Source: the human T2T-CHM13v2.0 reference genome, Homo sapiens
Reading direction: 5' to 3' (one strand)
DNA: 64,000 nt
Assembly: GCF_009914755.1 (NCBI RefSeq)
Contig: NC_060942.1
Positions 15,031 to 29,220 of this stretch are shown here, in pieces. The position numbers and the translations under genes are program-made. Positions within the stretch are counted from its first letter, which is position 1, and each line of letters starts with the position of its first letter. A model generated the notes under the pieces. The model was not told the origin of the DNA and ran no database searches. It saw only the letters and a list, made by a program, of their open reading frames with translations.

Positions 15031-18000
15031 GGACCCACTGGCACCATGCTACCTCCCTGGACTCTGTGGCTGGGACGTAGGTAATTGAGGTTACCAGTGC
15101 CAGTGAATTGTCAGAGGCCCTGAGGTAGCACCTGCCGTGGATGCTGAGGCAGACACCCTCAAGAGGTGTGCTGGCCTCGCCGTGAGGAGTCGCAGGTGCG
15201 CCATTGGAAGGGTATGGAATGCCGGGGTGGGCAGGGTGGGGACCTGAGTTTTGATTCCAGACAACCTCGATCTTTCTTGCTTCCAAGCGGCATTAGGAGG
15301 AAAGATCCCTGAATGGGTCGGGGTGAAGGTGAAGTCACAGTTGAAAGCATTATGCGTCAAATCTGAAAAAGGGGAAGCCATCGGCTTGAGGGACTGCAGG
15401 GAAAGGCTAAGCATGTGTTGACTTTCAAAGAAGGGAAATAGTAAAGTGTGTCATCTGCTCCTGGAGAAGGTCTCACAGAGTGGACATTATGAATTGTGTG
15501 GCAGGAATGAGGTCATTAAAAAGATGAAAGGGGCCGGGACCCAGGGCTTGGAGTCTAGGGGTAGGCAGCTTCCTTCCAGTGTCACAGAGAGAAGACACAG
15601 GAGAGATGGGGAAGAGCCTCGGGGTGTTCAATTTGCTGGTGACAGGGTCTGGCTCACGGTCAACACATCTCGGTGGGTGTTGACCAATTCTCCACTGGAT
15701 ACCAAGGCCAAGCGCCCTCCCAGTGATCCCCTGAGGGTAAGTGAGTAACAACATCAGGACAGAGTCCACTTCTCTTCCCGTCTTGAACATTTATGGGTGT
15801 GGCATAATTTGGTTTTCTGATGTCTCCCCCGAGTTCCACAGTTGCTAACAATTTTCTAACATGCATTTCGAGAACCCATCAGCAATCTCTCCAGTTTCAC
15901 AGCTCACAATGGTACTGAACATCCCGAGAAAATCCAGCACATTCCAATAAATCTTCTCTTGCTGTTTCCTCACTTATCCAGGACTCCACCTTTCTCTTAA
16001 CTATTTTTCTTCTCCACTTTGCAACTAGAAAGACATCCTTTTTGAGGGGAAAAGAAAAAGGTGAGGTAAGTAAACTCATGCAAGAATGTTCTAAACTGCG
16101 TGTGAAATGGCATGGTTGTTTTCCCCCTGGCCTCACTCCTGGGGTCCCCTGACCCCTTCCTTTCCAGGCACCAAGGCCTCCTGGTTTTTCCTCAGGGTCT
16201 CTGTGGGTCCTGGCCCCTCCTCCTGGAGTGCTTGTCCTCTGATAAACTTGTGACTTATGCCCTCGAGCTTTTAAGTCATGTTCCTCCTGCTTACAGGGTC
16301 GCTGAGAAACCCACAACAATTTTGATTCTGTCACTGCCACCTCCAGCTTTTTCTACCTCCTTTTCCTGATTAATTTTTTTCTTTCTAACAGTTATCACTA
16401 TCTAAAATACATTATAGGCCAGTGATTTAACTTTATTCCTCTTCCATGATTTATTTTTTCTTCTTAAGATTTACCACTATCTAAACTATGATGACAGCAG
16501 CTGTCATATAATAGTTGCTTAATAAAAGCTTATTGAATGAAAGGATAAAATAAAGACTGTGTAGAGCCCTGCTCAGACAAATGAGAAGGTGGCTCATGCA
16601 AGAAGTTCTCAAGGATCAGGAGAGAAGAATATTGGGAGTTTAAAAGTGGACAATTGTAGAGGTGGGGTAAGCAGGCCAGGGATGGGAATTAGCATGATGA
16701 GGCACGAGTTTCAGGGCTGGAGACGAGGCTGTGATTTAAAGAGGAAAATGTTACAGTTTCCAATGGAAGAGAGCTGTAATAAAGTAAAATAAATTAATAT
16801 TTTTTAAAAAACCTAAATAGTCTACCCCTATTGTAGGGATTCTAGAAGACTCTAGATTCTAGAATATCCAGATATAGATGTAGTTCCTGGAACTGATGAG
16901 TGGACAGTCCCAGCCTCTAGAATTAACTGGAGGCTTACCAAGAGGGATGATAGGTTTACTTTACATGTTAGTACGAAATTTGGAACATATTTCTCATTTT
17001 GTGCACATATATATATATATTTATCTTTTAAAAAATTAGAGATACCATTGTACACTACTGGTAATGGCATTAGACAAATGCATCCCATTCTGTTTTTCAC
17101 GCAGGTCACCTGTGTGCCTTTCACTTGAGCTCCTCTGAATTTCCGTGATCCAGCCAGTAAAATGCTGAAAATATTAAACAAGGAAATGCAAGTTTTCCAT
17201 TGTATATATAAACAAACACAGAAATAGAAATGTTCTTCCACTGCCATGTTGGTTTCTTACAGCATCTCTCCCTCTCTTTTCATTCATTTGTTTTTATGGT
17301 GGTATGCAAACACTTCGGTTTTGATGACTAATCTCTCTCTCTCTCTCTGTCCCTCATTTTCTTCTCTTTCAGAGCCTTTGCATGTGGAGCAAATGTGATG
17401 TCGTCTCTAAACCTTTGCCCTGTGCCTTTATGGAAGGCTATCGCTCACCTACTCAAGCCACCTGCTGTATCCATTGCACAGCGAGCAGTGGGGAGAGACA
17501 TGATCAAGTTCCTCTAAGTCTCTAGGGGCTGCCAGAACAACAGACATATTTTGTTCATTATTATTTGTTCAAGAATAGCAATAGTCTTCTGGGTTCTTGT
17601 TTTGTGAGGGTTGCTGGTTCCTGTGAAGCCTCTTTCGCCTGTTCCTTCTGATTTCAGTTTAAATGCTTGCATATCCCACACATCTCTGGGTGTATCTTAT
17701 GTGCCAGGAGACTTGTGGGAGCTTCCACAAACATTTCATCTTGTTTTAAGTAAGAAGAAGTTACTCTCCTTCCCCATGTTTCAGAAGGTGAAGCTGGAGC
17801 TCGGAATCCAGGTGACTTGCTAGGTGTCACACAGACGTACCAGGGACAGGAACCGGGTCATCTAGTTTCAATCCCACTCTTTCCCTTTTAAGAAGTGAGC
17901 ACATGGGAAGTGGAACATGTACAGGAAAATATACTACTTCTGGCGGTGGGAAGTGAGCAAAAGTAAATACAAAGGCATACTTTATTAAGTGTATGAGCAA

Positions 18001-19709
18001 TCCTTTTTATTAGAACACATGGAAAACAAAGATGATAAAAGGATTTTTCACTCCCTGGACGTTATTGAACTTCAAGCAAAATGCTGCATATCATCTGGTG
18101 ACCAGGTACCCCACGTTGTCATTTCTTTCTTTCTTGCTGTATTATAGATCACCGAGTCTTATGTAATTACCCACAAAATTGCTGGTGTTGCTTCATGACA
18201 GGCATGACAAATCCTCAATAAGGCCTCTTTGGTTGTCTAGAAAATGATTAACCTCTTCCTGCAGCTGTTGGATGTGATATTTAATATATGCAACAAAATA
18301 CATATGCATACAACTTCAGCGCATGCCATTTAACAGTATTTTCTTCCTAGGTCAAAGTTTGCCCAGCATGACCTCACCCACTAACTGCATTAGTTTAAAA
18401 TTTTAGGCCAAAATAAAATAGTGATCTAAAATCATGCAGCTTTTATTCACTGTACAACATGGATATTCATAAGACCCCTCCATAAATGTTTGGTCCAGAT
18501 CTTTCTTCCACTGAATGAAGTTTGACAATTTGTGACAAGACAGAAAGGAAATTCATTATATTTAGTAATAGAAAACCTATTTCTCATTTTTCACGAGCCA
18601 AGCAGCCTCGATGAAATTGCCTAAACCGCTACATCACACTCCTCCACCTTTGTGGTCTGTGAGGTCGTTCACAAGGGTCTTCAATTTCCTTATGTTCACA
18701 GCTTGGCATCTGGTAATTTTCAGTATCAGAAAACATAAGGGGGCTATATATTTTTTCCTCAGAAGAAATATTTCTGATTTGAAAAGAAATAAATCTGTCA
18801 AGAGGAAAATATTAAAAATAAAAAGTGTGACTGTAATAATCACATCGATGTCACAGGCAATTTTGCTCATTCGGATTGGGGAAGGAAACTTCCCTGCCCC
18901 CCCAAAGGAATTGTCAAAGTAAGAGAAATGGAATTTTTATTTCAATAACCACTTTGGTTTAAGGGTAATTTATGTATAAGGAAGCACAACAGCCTCAAGA
19001 ATCAAATTTCCTTAAAATATCATTTTGTATTCTCTCTGCTACAAGGCTTAGTGAAACTGATGGATCAAAGTGAAGAATTACTAAATTTGTTTCTCTAAGT
19101 TACAGTTTAACAGACACTGTACACCACACACAGCACTGGCAAAAGGGCAGTGTTTTGCATTTTGCAAAGGGTTATACCCAGAGAATAATATTTCTTGAAA
19201 TTAAATAATCCTCATAATGTTAAAATGAAAAATGGAAGAAAAGCTAGTTTTGTTTGACCGGATCCAGAAAAGTAGCAAATCTTCTGCTGCCCACACCCAC
19301 CTCCCGTCACACACACACACACCCTTGGGCTCAGTCACTGCTGTTTTCATCAATAATAAATAGCAGTGCTATATGGCATTTAAGTTTTTTTTTTCTTTTT
19401 TTAGTATGCATTTCCTCAGAGAAGATAGAAAGAATGTTCAGGCATTTAAATGAGCAGTTTAAATTCTTATTTCTTTCTAGAATGATCTCTGGCTATAGCT
19501 AGAACTAGCTGCATTTAGGATTGAAAAACAAAGGAAGAAGAATATATAAAACAACTAAATCACGGCTTCATATTTGCTCAGCTCCACACAGAAAATATTT
19601 ATCACTGTCTCCATAGCAATTCTTACTGATCACATCGATTAACCCAAGGCACACTTGCCGCACGCGGTACTCGGTAGGGAGCCTGCCGTCAATCTGCGAG
19701 TGCGTCTAA

Positions 19710-20120
<411 letters not shown>

Positions 20121-20416
20121 GCTTGTCCTCCGTTCTTAATCACCTTTTGCTGATTACCGCCTTGTTTCTGAGATGCTCAATTTGGTCTTACTACTGTAGG
20201 ATCATAGGGTCCTCTCTTTGCACATGGAATGCTTTTCCATGACAAATACCATTACTCAAAGTTATTGAAGATTGGTAACTACTTAAACAGGATATATTCC
20301 CTAGAATACTTTCAGCATTTTTTCACTTTCTGAAAAAATCATCTTATGGAAAGGAAAAGACCAGGCATTTGCCAATTTCCAGATGCCAAATTCCCCTGTT
20401 AGATGATATGTAATTT

Positions 20417-20745
20417 TTATTTTATTTTAATTGCTTTAATTTTTTTTTTGATTTTTTAGGTGGAGTCTCACTCTGTCCCCCAGGCTGGAGTGCAGTGGAG
20501 TGCAGAGTGCTCGGCTCACTGCAACCTCTGCCTCTCGGGTTCAAGAAATTCTCCTGCCTCAGCCTCCAAGTAGCTGGGATTGCAGGCGCCTGCCACCACA
20601 CCTGGCTAATTTTTTTTGAATTTTTAGTAGAGACGGGGTTTCACCATGTTGGTCAGGCTGGTCTCAAAACCCTGGCCTCAAATGATTCACCTGCCTTTGC
20701 CTCCCAAAATGCTGGGGTTGCAGGTGTGAGCCACCATGCCTGGCC
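20417..20745 (-). mobile_element. Alu (old S or J)
   Basis: Complete antisense Alu; atatgtaatttt duplicated on both flanks. Confidence 0.94.
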
Positions 20746-21184
20746 CACAATATGTAATTTTAATTCTAAAACAGAAAACAAAGAAAGAACAGCTATCATA
20801 ATTGTGGCAAAGAGGAATTAAAAGAAAAAAATTTCAAACTTCATTAATGGCTGCTTCAGTTTATTTTGAGATTGAATATTACATTATAATTTTGGTCTGA
20901 GGGGAGGTTACATGAGATGTTAATATACGTAAAAGTCCCCATTGGTTGGCCTGGTGCTAAAGGCATCCTCAAAACATGTTCTGTTCCTTATTAACCTCAA
21001 GAGATGGGGACATGGTCCTAACATCTGTGGTGTTCTCATGTTGGTTTATATCTGACTTTATTTCTCAATATTTATTTCTATCAAAGGATAAAATATGGAA
21101 GTGTTTACATATTACAATTTTTATAATATTATATTTTTTAACACTTGAAAGTTTTAAAATTTTTACATTTAAAAAGAAATTATA

Positions 21185-21545
21185 ACTACTATTCAGCCAT
21201 TAAAAAGAATGAAATCACGTCTTTTGCAGCAATATGGATGGAACCAGGGGGCACTATCCGAAATGAAATGCTTCAGAAAAAAAAGTTTAAAAACCACATG
21301 TTCTCACTTCTAAGTGAGAGCTTAACCACAGGTATACACTGACAGGGAGTGGAATAACAGACATCGGCATCTCTGATAAGTGGGAGGGTGGAAGTAGGGG
21401 AAGGGATGAAATACTACCTATTGGGTACAATGTTCACTATTCCAGTGATGGTTACACAAAAAGCCCAGACTTCACCTCTATGCAATATATCCATATAACA
21501 TAACTGCACTTATACCCCTAAATGTATACAAATAAAAAAAAAAAC
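21185..21545 (+). mobile_element. L1 3' UTR fragment (L1MA2/3-like) with poly(A)
   Basis: tattcagccattaaaaagaatgaaatc...cctattgggtacaatgttcactat...aagcccagacttcacc, then an A tail. Confidence 0.9.
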
Positions 21546-22572
21546 TATGACACTTTAATATCACATTTTTCCTATGTTACAGGCTAGTGGAATGTAAATG
21601 TAGATTAAAATGAATTGGTTATTTTCTTATTCTTATTTCCAACAATAGCTCATAATAACTACTCTAATATGAGAATACATTCTGTCTTTTAAATGAGACT
21701 AGAAAGCTATCAAAACACAAAAGTAGAATCTGTCAGAAACAGTGGCTCAGAGGAGTGAAACATGAACGAAATGTAATGAGGAGCAGAAACGGACAGGTCT
21801 GACTTGGCAAGTCTTGGGTGGAGGTCCCAGTTTCTACGTCAGGTGAGGGCACACCTTGAGGTAGCCTGCTAGCTGTCTTTACTTGGAGAGGGAAGTCAGG
21901 TAATGACTTTCGGATGTACATGCACAGAGGAGGCAAATGTGAAATCACAGGGTGAGCTGGGAGCAGATGAATTGGCACCAAGCAAAGAACGTGCCCAGTA
22001 CACACTTAGTCAATGCTCCACGAAGAATCTGTGGATCGACTCAATAAATACACACAGAGCCACCACCGACCACCCGCCACTCATTGGCCAAGTACTAACA
22101 ATACAATGAGAAGAAACCATAGTCTCTATCTTAAATGTGGCTGCTATTCTCAAAATCAAACTTCTGTTTTAATCAGTGAAGAAACAGAGAGCTGCAGATT
22201 TCAAATGAAAGCTTCAGTTCTCTTGCAAGAAGCCTACTACTATACATACATAATTTTTGGAAATGTTTTCTCAAATGTTCTTAAACCAATAAGAAAGTAA
22301 TATATTTTTTCAAAAGTAAATTTAAAATAAATTAAAAATAAAGTTTACAAAGAAATGAGCATACATGTGATAAGGAGAAACATCAGAACTGATGACTTTT
22401 TTTCAGCCAGGATATTTAGTAAAAATGTCAGAGACACAGTAAGTATTCAAATAATGGTCATTGGATAAAGAAACAAAGTGTCCTTATGGGACGAACTATC
22501 ACCAACACAGCATAAAATCTGAAGTTTTCCCTATATTCTTTCACATTATCTTTCCTCTGTCAAATGAAATGT

Positions 22573-22924
22573 TGATATAGTTGGCTGTGTCCCCACCCAA
22601 ATCTCATCTTGAATTCCCATGTGCTGTGGGAGAGACTGTGTGGGAGGAAACTGACTCTTGGGGGTGGGTCTTTCCCATGCTGTTCTCATGATAGTGAGTA
22701 AGTCATACAAGATCTGATGGTTTTAAAAATGGGAGGTTCCCTGCACAAGCTCCCTCTTTGCCTGCCACCATCCACATAAGATGTGACTTGCTCCTCCTTG
22801 CCTTCTGCCATGATTGTGAGGCCTCCCAGCCAGTTGGAACTTTAAGTCCATTAAAGCTCTTTCTTTTGTAAATTGTCCAGTCTCAGATATGTCTTTATCA
22901 GCAGTGGGAAAACAGACTAATACA
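22573..22924 (+). mobile_element. THE1B-like solo LTR
   Basis: tgatatagttggctgtgtccccacccaaatctcatcttgaattccca...aacagactaataca; target-site duplication aatgt / aatgg. Confidence 0.93.
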
Positions 22925-22943
22925 AATGGCTTAATGGTAAATA

Positions 22944-24217
22944 TAAGGGGTTTTCAAAAAAGTTCATAGAAAATGTATCCTTTAAAAACCGTGCATAGAT
23001 TTCAAAAGTTTTTTGCATCGAAGTCAACTTGTACTAAGCTACTGCAAGATGTCTGAACAAACTCTAGTTTGAATCACTCAAAAGGATAAGACATCATTTT
23101 GAAAAGAGCACCTAACAGAGCAAAATGAATTCTGCTAAAATTGAAGCATGAATGCACATCAGATTTATAGTGAAGCAATGGTAACATCACTGATTGCTTT
23201 ACAAGAAGTTTACCATGACAATGCCCCAGATAAATCAGCAGTTTACAAATGGATAATGTATTATATAGAGGGACAAGACAATGTTGAAGATGATGCCCAC
23301 AGCAACAGACCATTCACATTAATTTGCAAGAAAAAACTTGCTGTTTATGTCCTAATTGAAGGGGACTGATGACTAAGAGCAGAAACATGAGCCAACACCA
23401 TAGACATCTCAATTCATTCAGCTTACACAATTCTGACCGAAAAATTCAAGTTGACCAAACTGATCATGGGATGGGTGCAAAACCATTGTGCCCAAACAAG
23501 CTGCAGACAAGAGCAGAGCTTTCAATGGAAATTTTAAATAAGTGGGATTAAGTTCCTAAAGCATTTATTTGAAGAACTCTAGCCAGAGACGAAGCATAGC
23601 TTTACCAGTACAATCCTGAATACACAACAAAAGCAAAGCAATGGCTACCAAGAGGGGGACATGTTTCAGTCAAAGCACATTGAACTAGTCAAGAGCGAAG
23701 TTCATGGCAACAGTTTTTTGGGATGCTCAAGACATTTTGTTTGTTGTCTTTCTGGAGCGTAAAATAACAATAGCATCTGCATATTATGAGAGTGTTTTGA
23801 GAAAGTTGGCCAAAGTGTTAGGAGAAAAACACTGAGGTAAGCTTCACCAGTGAGTCCTTTTCCACCACAACAATGCTCCTGCTCATTTCTCTCATCAAAA
23901 ACGGCAATTTTGTGAGAGTTTTGATGGGAAATCAATAGGCATCTACCTGACCGTCCTGCTTTGGCTCCTTATGGCTTCTTTTTGTTTTCTAATCTTAAAA
24001 AAGCATTAAATGGCACCCATTTTTCTTCAGTTAATAATATAGAAAAGACAGCATTGACATGGTTAAATTCCCAGGACACTTAGTTCTTTAGCAATGAACT
24101 GAATTGCTGGTATTATCGCTTCTGATCTTGTTGGTGCTTATGTTGAGAAATGAAACTCATGTTTTTTATTTTTATTTGATAATTTTATTTTGAGATAAAC
24201 TTTTTGTAGTCCTCTAG
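22944..24217 (+). mobile_element. Near full-length HSMAR2 mariner DNA transposon with a pseudogenised transposase
   Basis: Degenerate terminal inverted repeats (aggggttttcaaaaaagttc / aactttttgtagtcctct) flanked by TA; ATG at 23126 reads MNSAKIEA; ALQEVYHDNAPDKSAVYKW...VEDDAHSNRP; a degenerate HPPYSPDLAP motif near 23940; stops and frameshifts. Confidence 0.92.
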
Positions 24218-24464
24218 TAGTAGGAAAAAGAAATGGGCAACAACAACCCATAATTCAGATAACTGAATTTTGGGTCTTATAATCTTAGTTGATCTTCATC
24301 CCAAATGACTTGAAATCGTCTGTATAATTTTCTTAGCCTTATCAAATAAAATAATAATTATTAAGGCATGTTAAAAACAGTTAGAAACATTGTCTTTAAC
24401 TTATTGATTAACAAATGCCCTGTTATCGTTACTATGTTTTCTTAAAGAAGATATTAGAGAACAC

Positions 24465-24580
24465 AGAGTCTCAAGTTCTACTGTATGGACTTTTGCTCCA
24501 GCTTCCATTTATGAGCTGTCAGTAACTCTATGATTAAAATGGGGACAGTAATGGTACTCAGCTCACTGGGTTGTGTATGC
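24465..24580 (+). mobile_element. MIR fragment
   Basis: taaaatggggacagtaatggtactcagctcactgggttgtg resembles the MIR core. Confidence 0.55.
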
Positions 24581-24711
24581 CCAAATACATGCAAACACAC
24601 ACACACATATTTCGCATATAAATATTTTATATAAGCCTATTGTACCATGGTAGTTTATTTGACCTAAAGATATTCACGTTCAAGTTTCTCTCAACACTCA
24701 ATTATAACAAA

Positions 24712-24890
24712 AGCTATTATAACACATGTTGAGCATTTCCCATGTGCAGGCACTTTTCCACATGCTTTTCAAGTATTAATTCATTTAGTACTCCCCAAAC
24801 CTGTGAATTAGGTGGTGCTATGTTCCTGTTTTAGAGATGAGGTGTTTGAGACAAAGAAAGATAATTAGATTCACTTGCTAAGATCACAAA
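24712..24890 (-). mobile_element. MIR
   Basis: tattaattcatttagtactcccc...gttttagagatgagg...cttgctaagatcaca. Confidence 0.7.
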
Positions 24891-25778
24891 ATGTTGGGAT
24901 TTCTTTACCATGTTTATTGTCCTTCAACTATTGAACAACTCTACACATGCACACACATAAGCATGCAAACACACACGCGCATGCACACACACAGACTCTC
25001 AAGGGATCCAAAGCCATAGCCAACATGTGTTTGCTTTCTTGTCATTTTCACACCCCAAGGAAAAGGAAGCCTCCCTTTTCACTCTCCTTTCCTGGGATGT
25101 TGAAGAAACTGTCCAGGCTCAGAGACAAGGGGAAACCCTTCAGAGTGGTCTTCAGTGTGACATTGTACTTGACATGTTCTAGAAAGCAATGTGGGTCCCA
25201 CCTGGAGCTAAGTGAGGAGAAGTAAAGGTTCAACACAGAAGGTGAGGTGCTATGGGGGCCCCTGTAATGGAGAAATAGCCTTGCTGTAATTATGTCCCAG
25301 GTGAATGTTACACTGGTGAACTATCTGGGCTCAATCGAAAAGTGTTATAGAATTCAATAAGCACAGGTTAAAATAAAGCACTTAATGCAATCCAGAATCT
25401 GTTTATTTTTAATTTCTTGTTCTTTAAATTTACCAGTATGTTCATCAATTACAGTTGACAATCTGTCCTCCAATTCCTTTGTCTAAGAATAATCACCCTC
25501 ACTCTACTTCAGGAACTCAATTGATTTTTCTCTCTATAGTTTTAGCTTTCTTCTTTATATTCTGACTATTGAGGCCATTTATTAAAACTACAATCAAAAT
25601 ATTGAATACATCTCAATACTCCCCAGTGCTGAAATATCTGTTTCAAAGCCTAGACAGCTGGAACTCAGAAAATTCAGTATAACTCACTGTTCCAGGTTTT
25701 TTAGAGGAGTGGGGATATTTCTCTTATCAGTCTGGAATGGTTTTTCCTTTTACAATTGGGTCAGGTTCACATAATTCA

Positions 25779-25780
<2 letters not shown>

Positions 25781-25813
<33 letters not shown>

Positions 25814-25932
25814 ATCTATCATCTATCTATATATCTATCATCTATCTATCATCATCTACATATCTATAATCTATCATCTATCTATCTATCTGTCTATCAT
25901 CTGTCTATCATCTGTCTGTCTATCTGTCTTTC
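25781..25932 (+). repeat. (TATC)n/(TGTC)n microsatellite
   Basis: Directly visible. Confidence 0.95.
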
Positions 25933-26453
25933 TGTCTTAGTCCATGTAGTGTTGCTATAAAGGAATACCTGAGGTTGAGTAATTTATAAAGGAAAGAAGT
26001 TTATTTGGCTTATGGTTCTGCAGGCTGTACAAGAAGCATGGTGCCAGCATCTGCTGAGCTTCCAGGGAGGTCTCAGGCTGCTCCCACCCCTGGTGGGAGG
26101 CAAAGGGAAGCCAGCTGTGCAGATCCATATGATACGTAGGTATAGATCTATGGATCACATGGATCTCTCTCTCTGATCTGTATCTACACATCACAGGCAC
26201 GTGTATCTCTATCCATGTGATCATACGGAGATGTGAGAGAGGGAGAAAGTGGGGAGGTGCCGGGCTTTTGTTAATAACAGCTGTCTTGTGGGAACTAACA
26301 GAGTGAGAATTCACTTACCACTCCCCCAGGGTATTAACCTATTAATGAGAAATCTACCTTCAGAACCCAAACACCTCCCATTAGGTCCCACTTCCAATGG
26401 TTAGATCACATTTCAACATGAGATTTGGAGGGACAAACATCCAAAGCACAACA
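25933..26453 (-). mobile_element. MST (B/C-like) MaLR solo LTR
   Basis: tgtcttagtccat...gctataaaggaatacctgagg...gcaggctgtacaagaagcatggtgccagcatctgct...gggacaaacatccaaa. Confidence 0.9.
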
Positions 26454-26460
26454 TTATCTG

Positions 26461-26510
<50 letters not shown>

Positions 26511-26772
26511 ATCTATCTATCTATATCTATGTATCTATTTATCTTTGTCACTATTTATCTTTCTCTATATATAAATATTTATCTATACCTATCTATATCT
26601 CTATCTCTGTCTCTATCTTGACCTATCTCTATGTCTATCTATACCTCTCTATATCTCTATTTATCTTTATCTTTCTATCTATATCTCTCTATATATCTAT
26701 CTCTATTTATCTTTATCTCTTTCTATCTCTCTATCTGTATATCCCTCTCCTTCTCACTCTCTGTCTCTATCA
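26454..26772 (+). repeat. (TATC)n grading into TATCTC low-complexity sequence
   Basis: Directly visible. Confidence 0.92.
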
Positions 26773-27329
26773 GACATATTAAGGTAGAAAAACATCCAAG
26801 CTTGTGCCAGTCAAGTGGAATAAAGTCATCCATCTGATGTTCCTTCTGCCAAAAATCCATAAAGTTAGATAAATTCGTAAGAGTTGTGAAGCTCAATAAA
26901 AAGTGCCATTGGAAAGGAGCAATGTGGATGTGTTCCTCAAAGGCAGAAATGACGATGGAGGGGAGCATACCCTGCTGATATCTGCTAAGGGACTCTGATA
27001 TTGTAAACACTAAATACTGCATAGTGTACAGCAGGCACCAGCCGACACACTGCAGGTTTAAGAAACAGCCCTGTGAGGTCCATGACTCCCACTGCCCCGC
27101 ACAGACCCACTTCCAAGCTCAGGCTGGCAGGACACCCAGAGGCCCTTTTTTGTGGGAAAGACAAATTCCTCTGCTGGATACATAGGAACATTTCTGAGTT
27201 CCCATCACACAGCTTCATCAGGCCACATTTTCACTGTATAGTGAAGCCCACATATCCACATAGATATTTCCTCAATAATGTGTATAGTATTCCTATAAGA
27301 AACAATCGTTGGACATCCTGAAGCATGAA

Positions 27330-29220
27330 AAATAAAGGAATCAGTATTTGTAATAGAGAATGTAGGAGCAGAAGAAGACTTCAAATTAAAATCCAGTCAC
27401 TAATATTCATTCTCAAAGGATAAGATAAAATTGTCATCAATAAAATAATAGGATGTTATAAACCAATAAACAACTTGAAAGCAAGAAAAAAACTTAATAA
27501 TAAATATATGATAGATGATTCTTGAAATACTTATTGGAAGAGTTGGAGGATAAAATCAAAGAAATTTCTCTAAAAGAAGAACAATAACACAAAGAGATTG
27601 ACCAAGGGAAATAAGCAATTTTCAGTCTTTGAGGTCCATTGTCCTTTCAGTAGGAGTTAGAGCAAAAGAGCATGGAGAAAACACACAGAGGGTTCCATCA
27701 AATACAAGGTGGGAGAAGACATCCCAAAACAACAAAGATGGGTCTCCAAAACCAAGACTTCACCATGACCTCAGTGCAGTGAATGAGAGAAACTCACCCA
27801 GAGCTCTTCTCTATGACAATTTAAACACTGGCAATAACGCTAAAATGCTAAAAGCTCCAGAGAGCTGAACATGGATCACAGGCACGATTCTAGGAGTTAG
27901 AGAGGCATTTATTTTCTAGATAGCCACTCCCAAAGTCTGTAAAATATTTGCATTGTTCAGAAAGAAGATAGTGACTGATTCTAGGTGCAGATACACACAC
28001 AGACATACATAAACACAGGATTAAATTCAGCAGGCCAAGAGGTACACCCAGATACAAATGACAACGCAGTTAAAAACAAAGTGTTGAGGAAGGAAATTAA
28101 AATTACAACATAAAGTAAAGAGCTATAGAAATAATACAGAGATGTAATTCAAGACAAAGCATGTTAAATGTTAAAAACCACTAAGATAATATAGCAGCAA
28201 GGTGAACCTTCACGTGCTGCTCAACACAGCTTCAGCATACTATGGGAACAGTGGCATCTACAACAAAATGGGATATTTTAGAGTACTTTTTAAAACACTA
28301 GTAAGTCTTCTTGAAAAATAATTTGTAAAAGCACAGTATTTGAATTCTGCAATGACTAACAGATATAATAGCTCTAAACAGGACATTATGTTCCTCAAAT
28401 TAATTAATATTTTTTCAAACACCATTAATGAGAAAATGGTCATGTAATAGATATGAAAGACAAAATCAACGAAGTCCAAAAGCGTACATGATCTGTAACC
28501 ACATTGCAATGAGGTGACAAAGGCAGAATTAAAATGGATTGCTAAAATTCTATCTACATGAAAATATAGACTGTGGGACAGAAAATTAAAAAGTATCTAT
28601 AAATGTATTGCAAAGGTGCGCCTATGTTGAATATTTAAAAGACAACTTAGAAGGTTGGTTAGAGGGAAATGTATAACCTAGCAATCAACAGAATTTGACA
28701 ACTGAGAATTGACATCAAAAAGCTAGGGAAAAAATGCATATCTAAAGAAGAAAAGAGAGAAAAGAAGAATGTAGCACAAATCAATAAAATTAAAACAAAC
28801 ATGCAGAATTGAATAAATGAACAAATGAAAAATGTATTCCTTGCATGTGTGAATAAAGCAGATAAGCTTTTGTGAAGGCTGATGTAAGAACACAGAGAAT
28901 GCATGACATAACGTTAGGAATATTGGGGCAGACACAGATAATCTAATAGAATAGAATATTGTAGTCGAATTTTGTTTAAAAGTAATACAAATAAATTTGA
29001 AAATGTAGATTAATAAACTATTAGAAAAATGTATATTATTAATTTTTTTTCAAATAAGTAAAACACTGGAGTGAACCAGCACCCAGGAAAAACATTGAAA
29101 AGGAAACAAGAATTCTACCCATAAAAAGGACATCACTTTCTACAAAGCTTCAAAATTAAGTTCTATCTTTACATATCAGCAATATTTCTATATTTAATAT
29201 GTTATCAGAGAATACAGAAA
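27330..29220 (+). mobile_element. Highly decayed old L1 (L1ME-like) fragments
   Basis: A-rich strand bias; motifs gagagttggaggataaaatcaaagaaatttctc and acaaataaatttgaaaatgtagat. Confidence 0.55.

Noticed and set aside
23126-24160. Functional mariner transposase gene
   Set aside because: Multiple stops and frameshifts and degenerate catalytic motifs; a fossil
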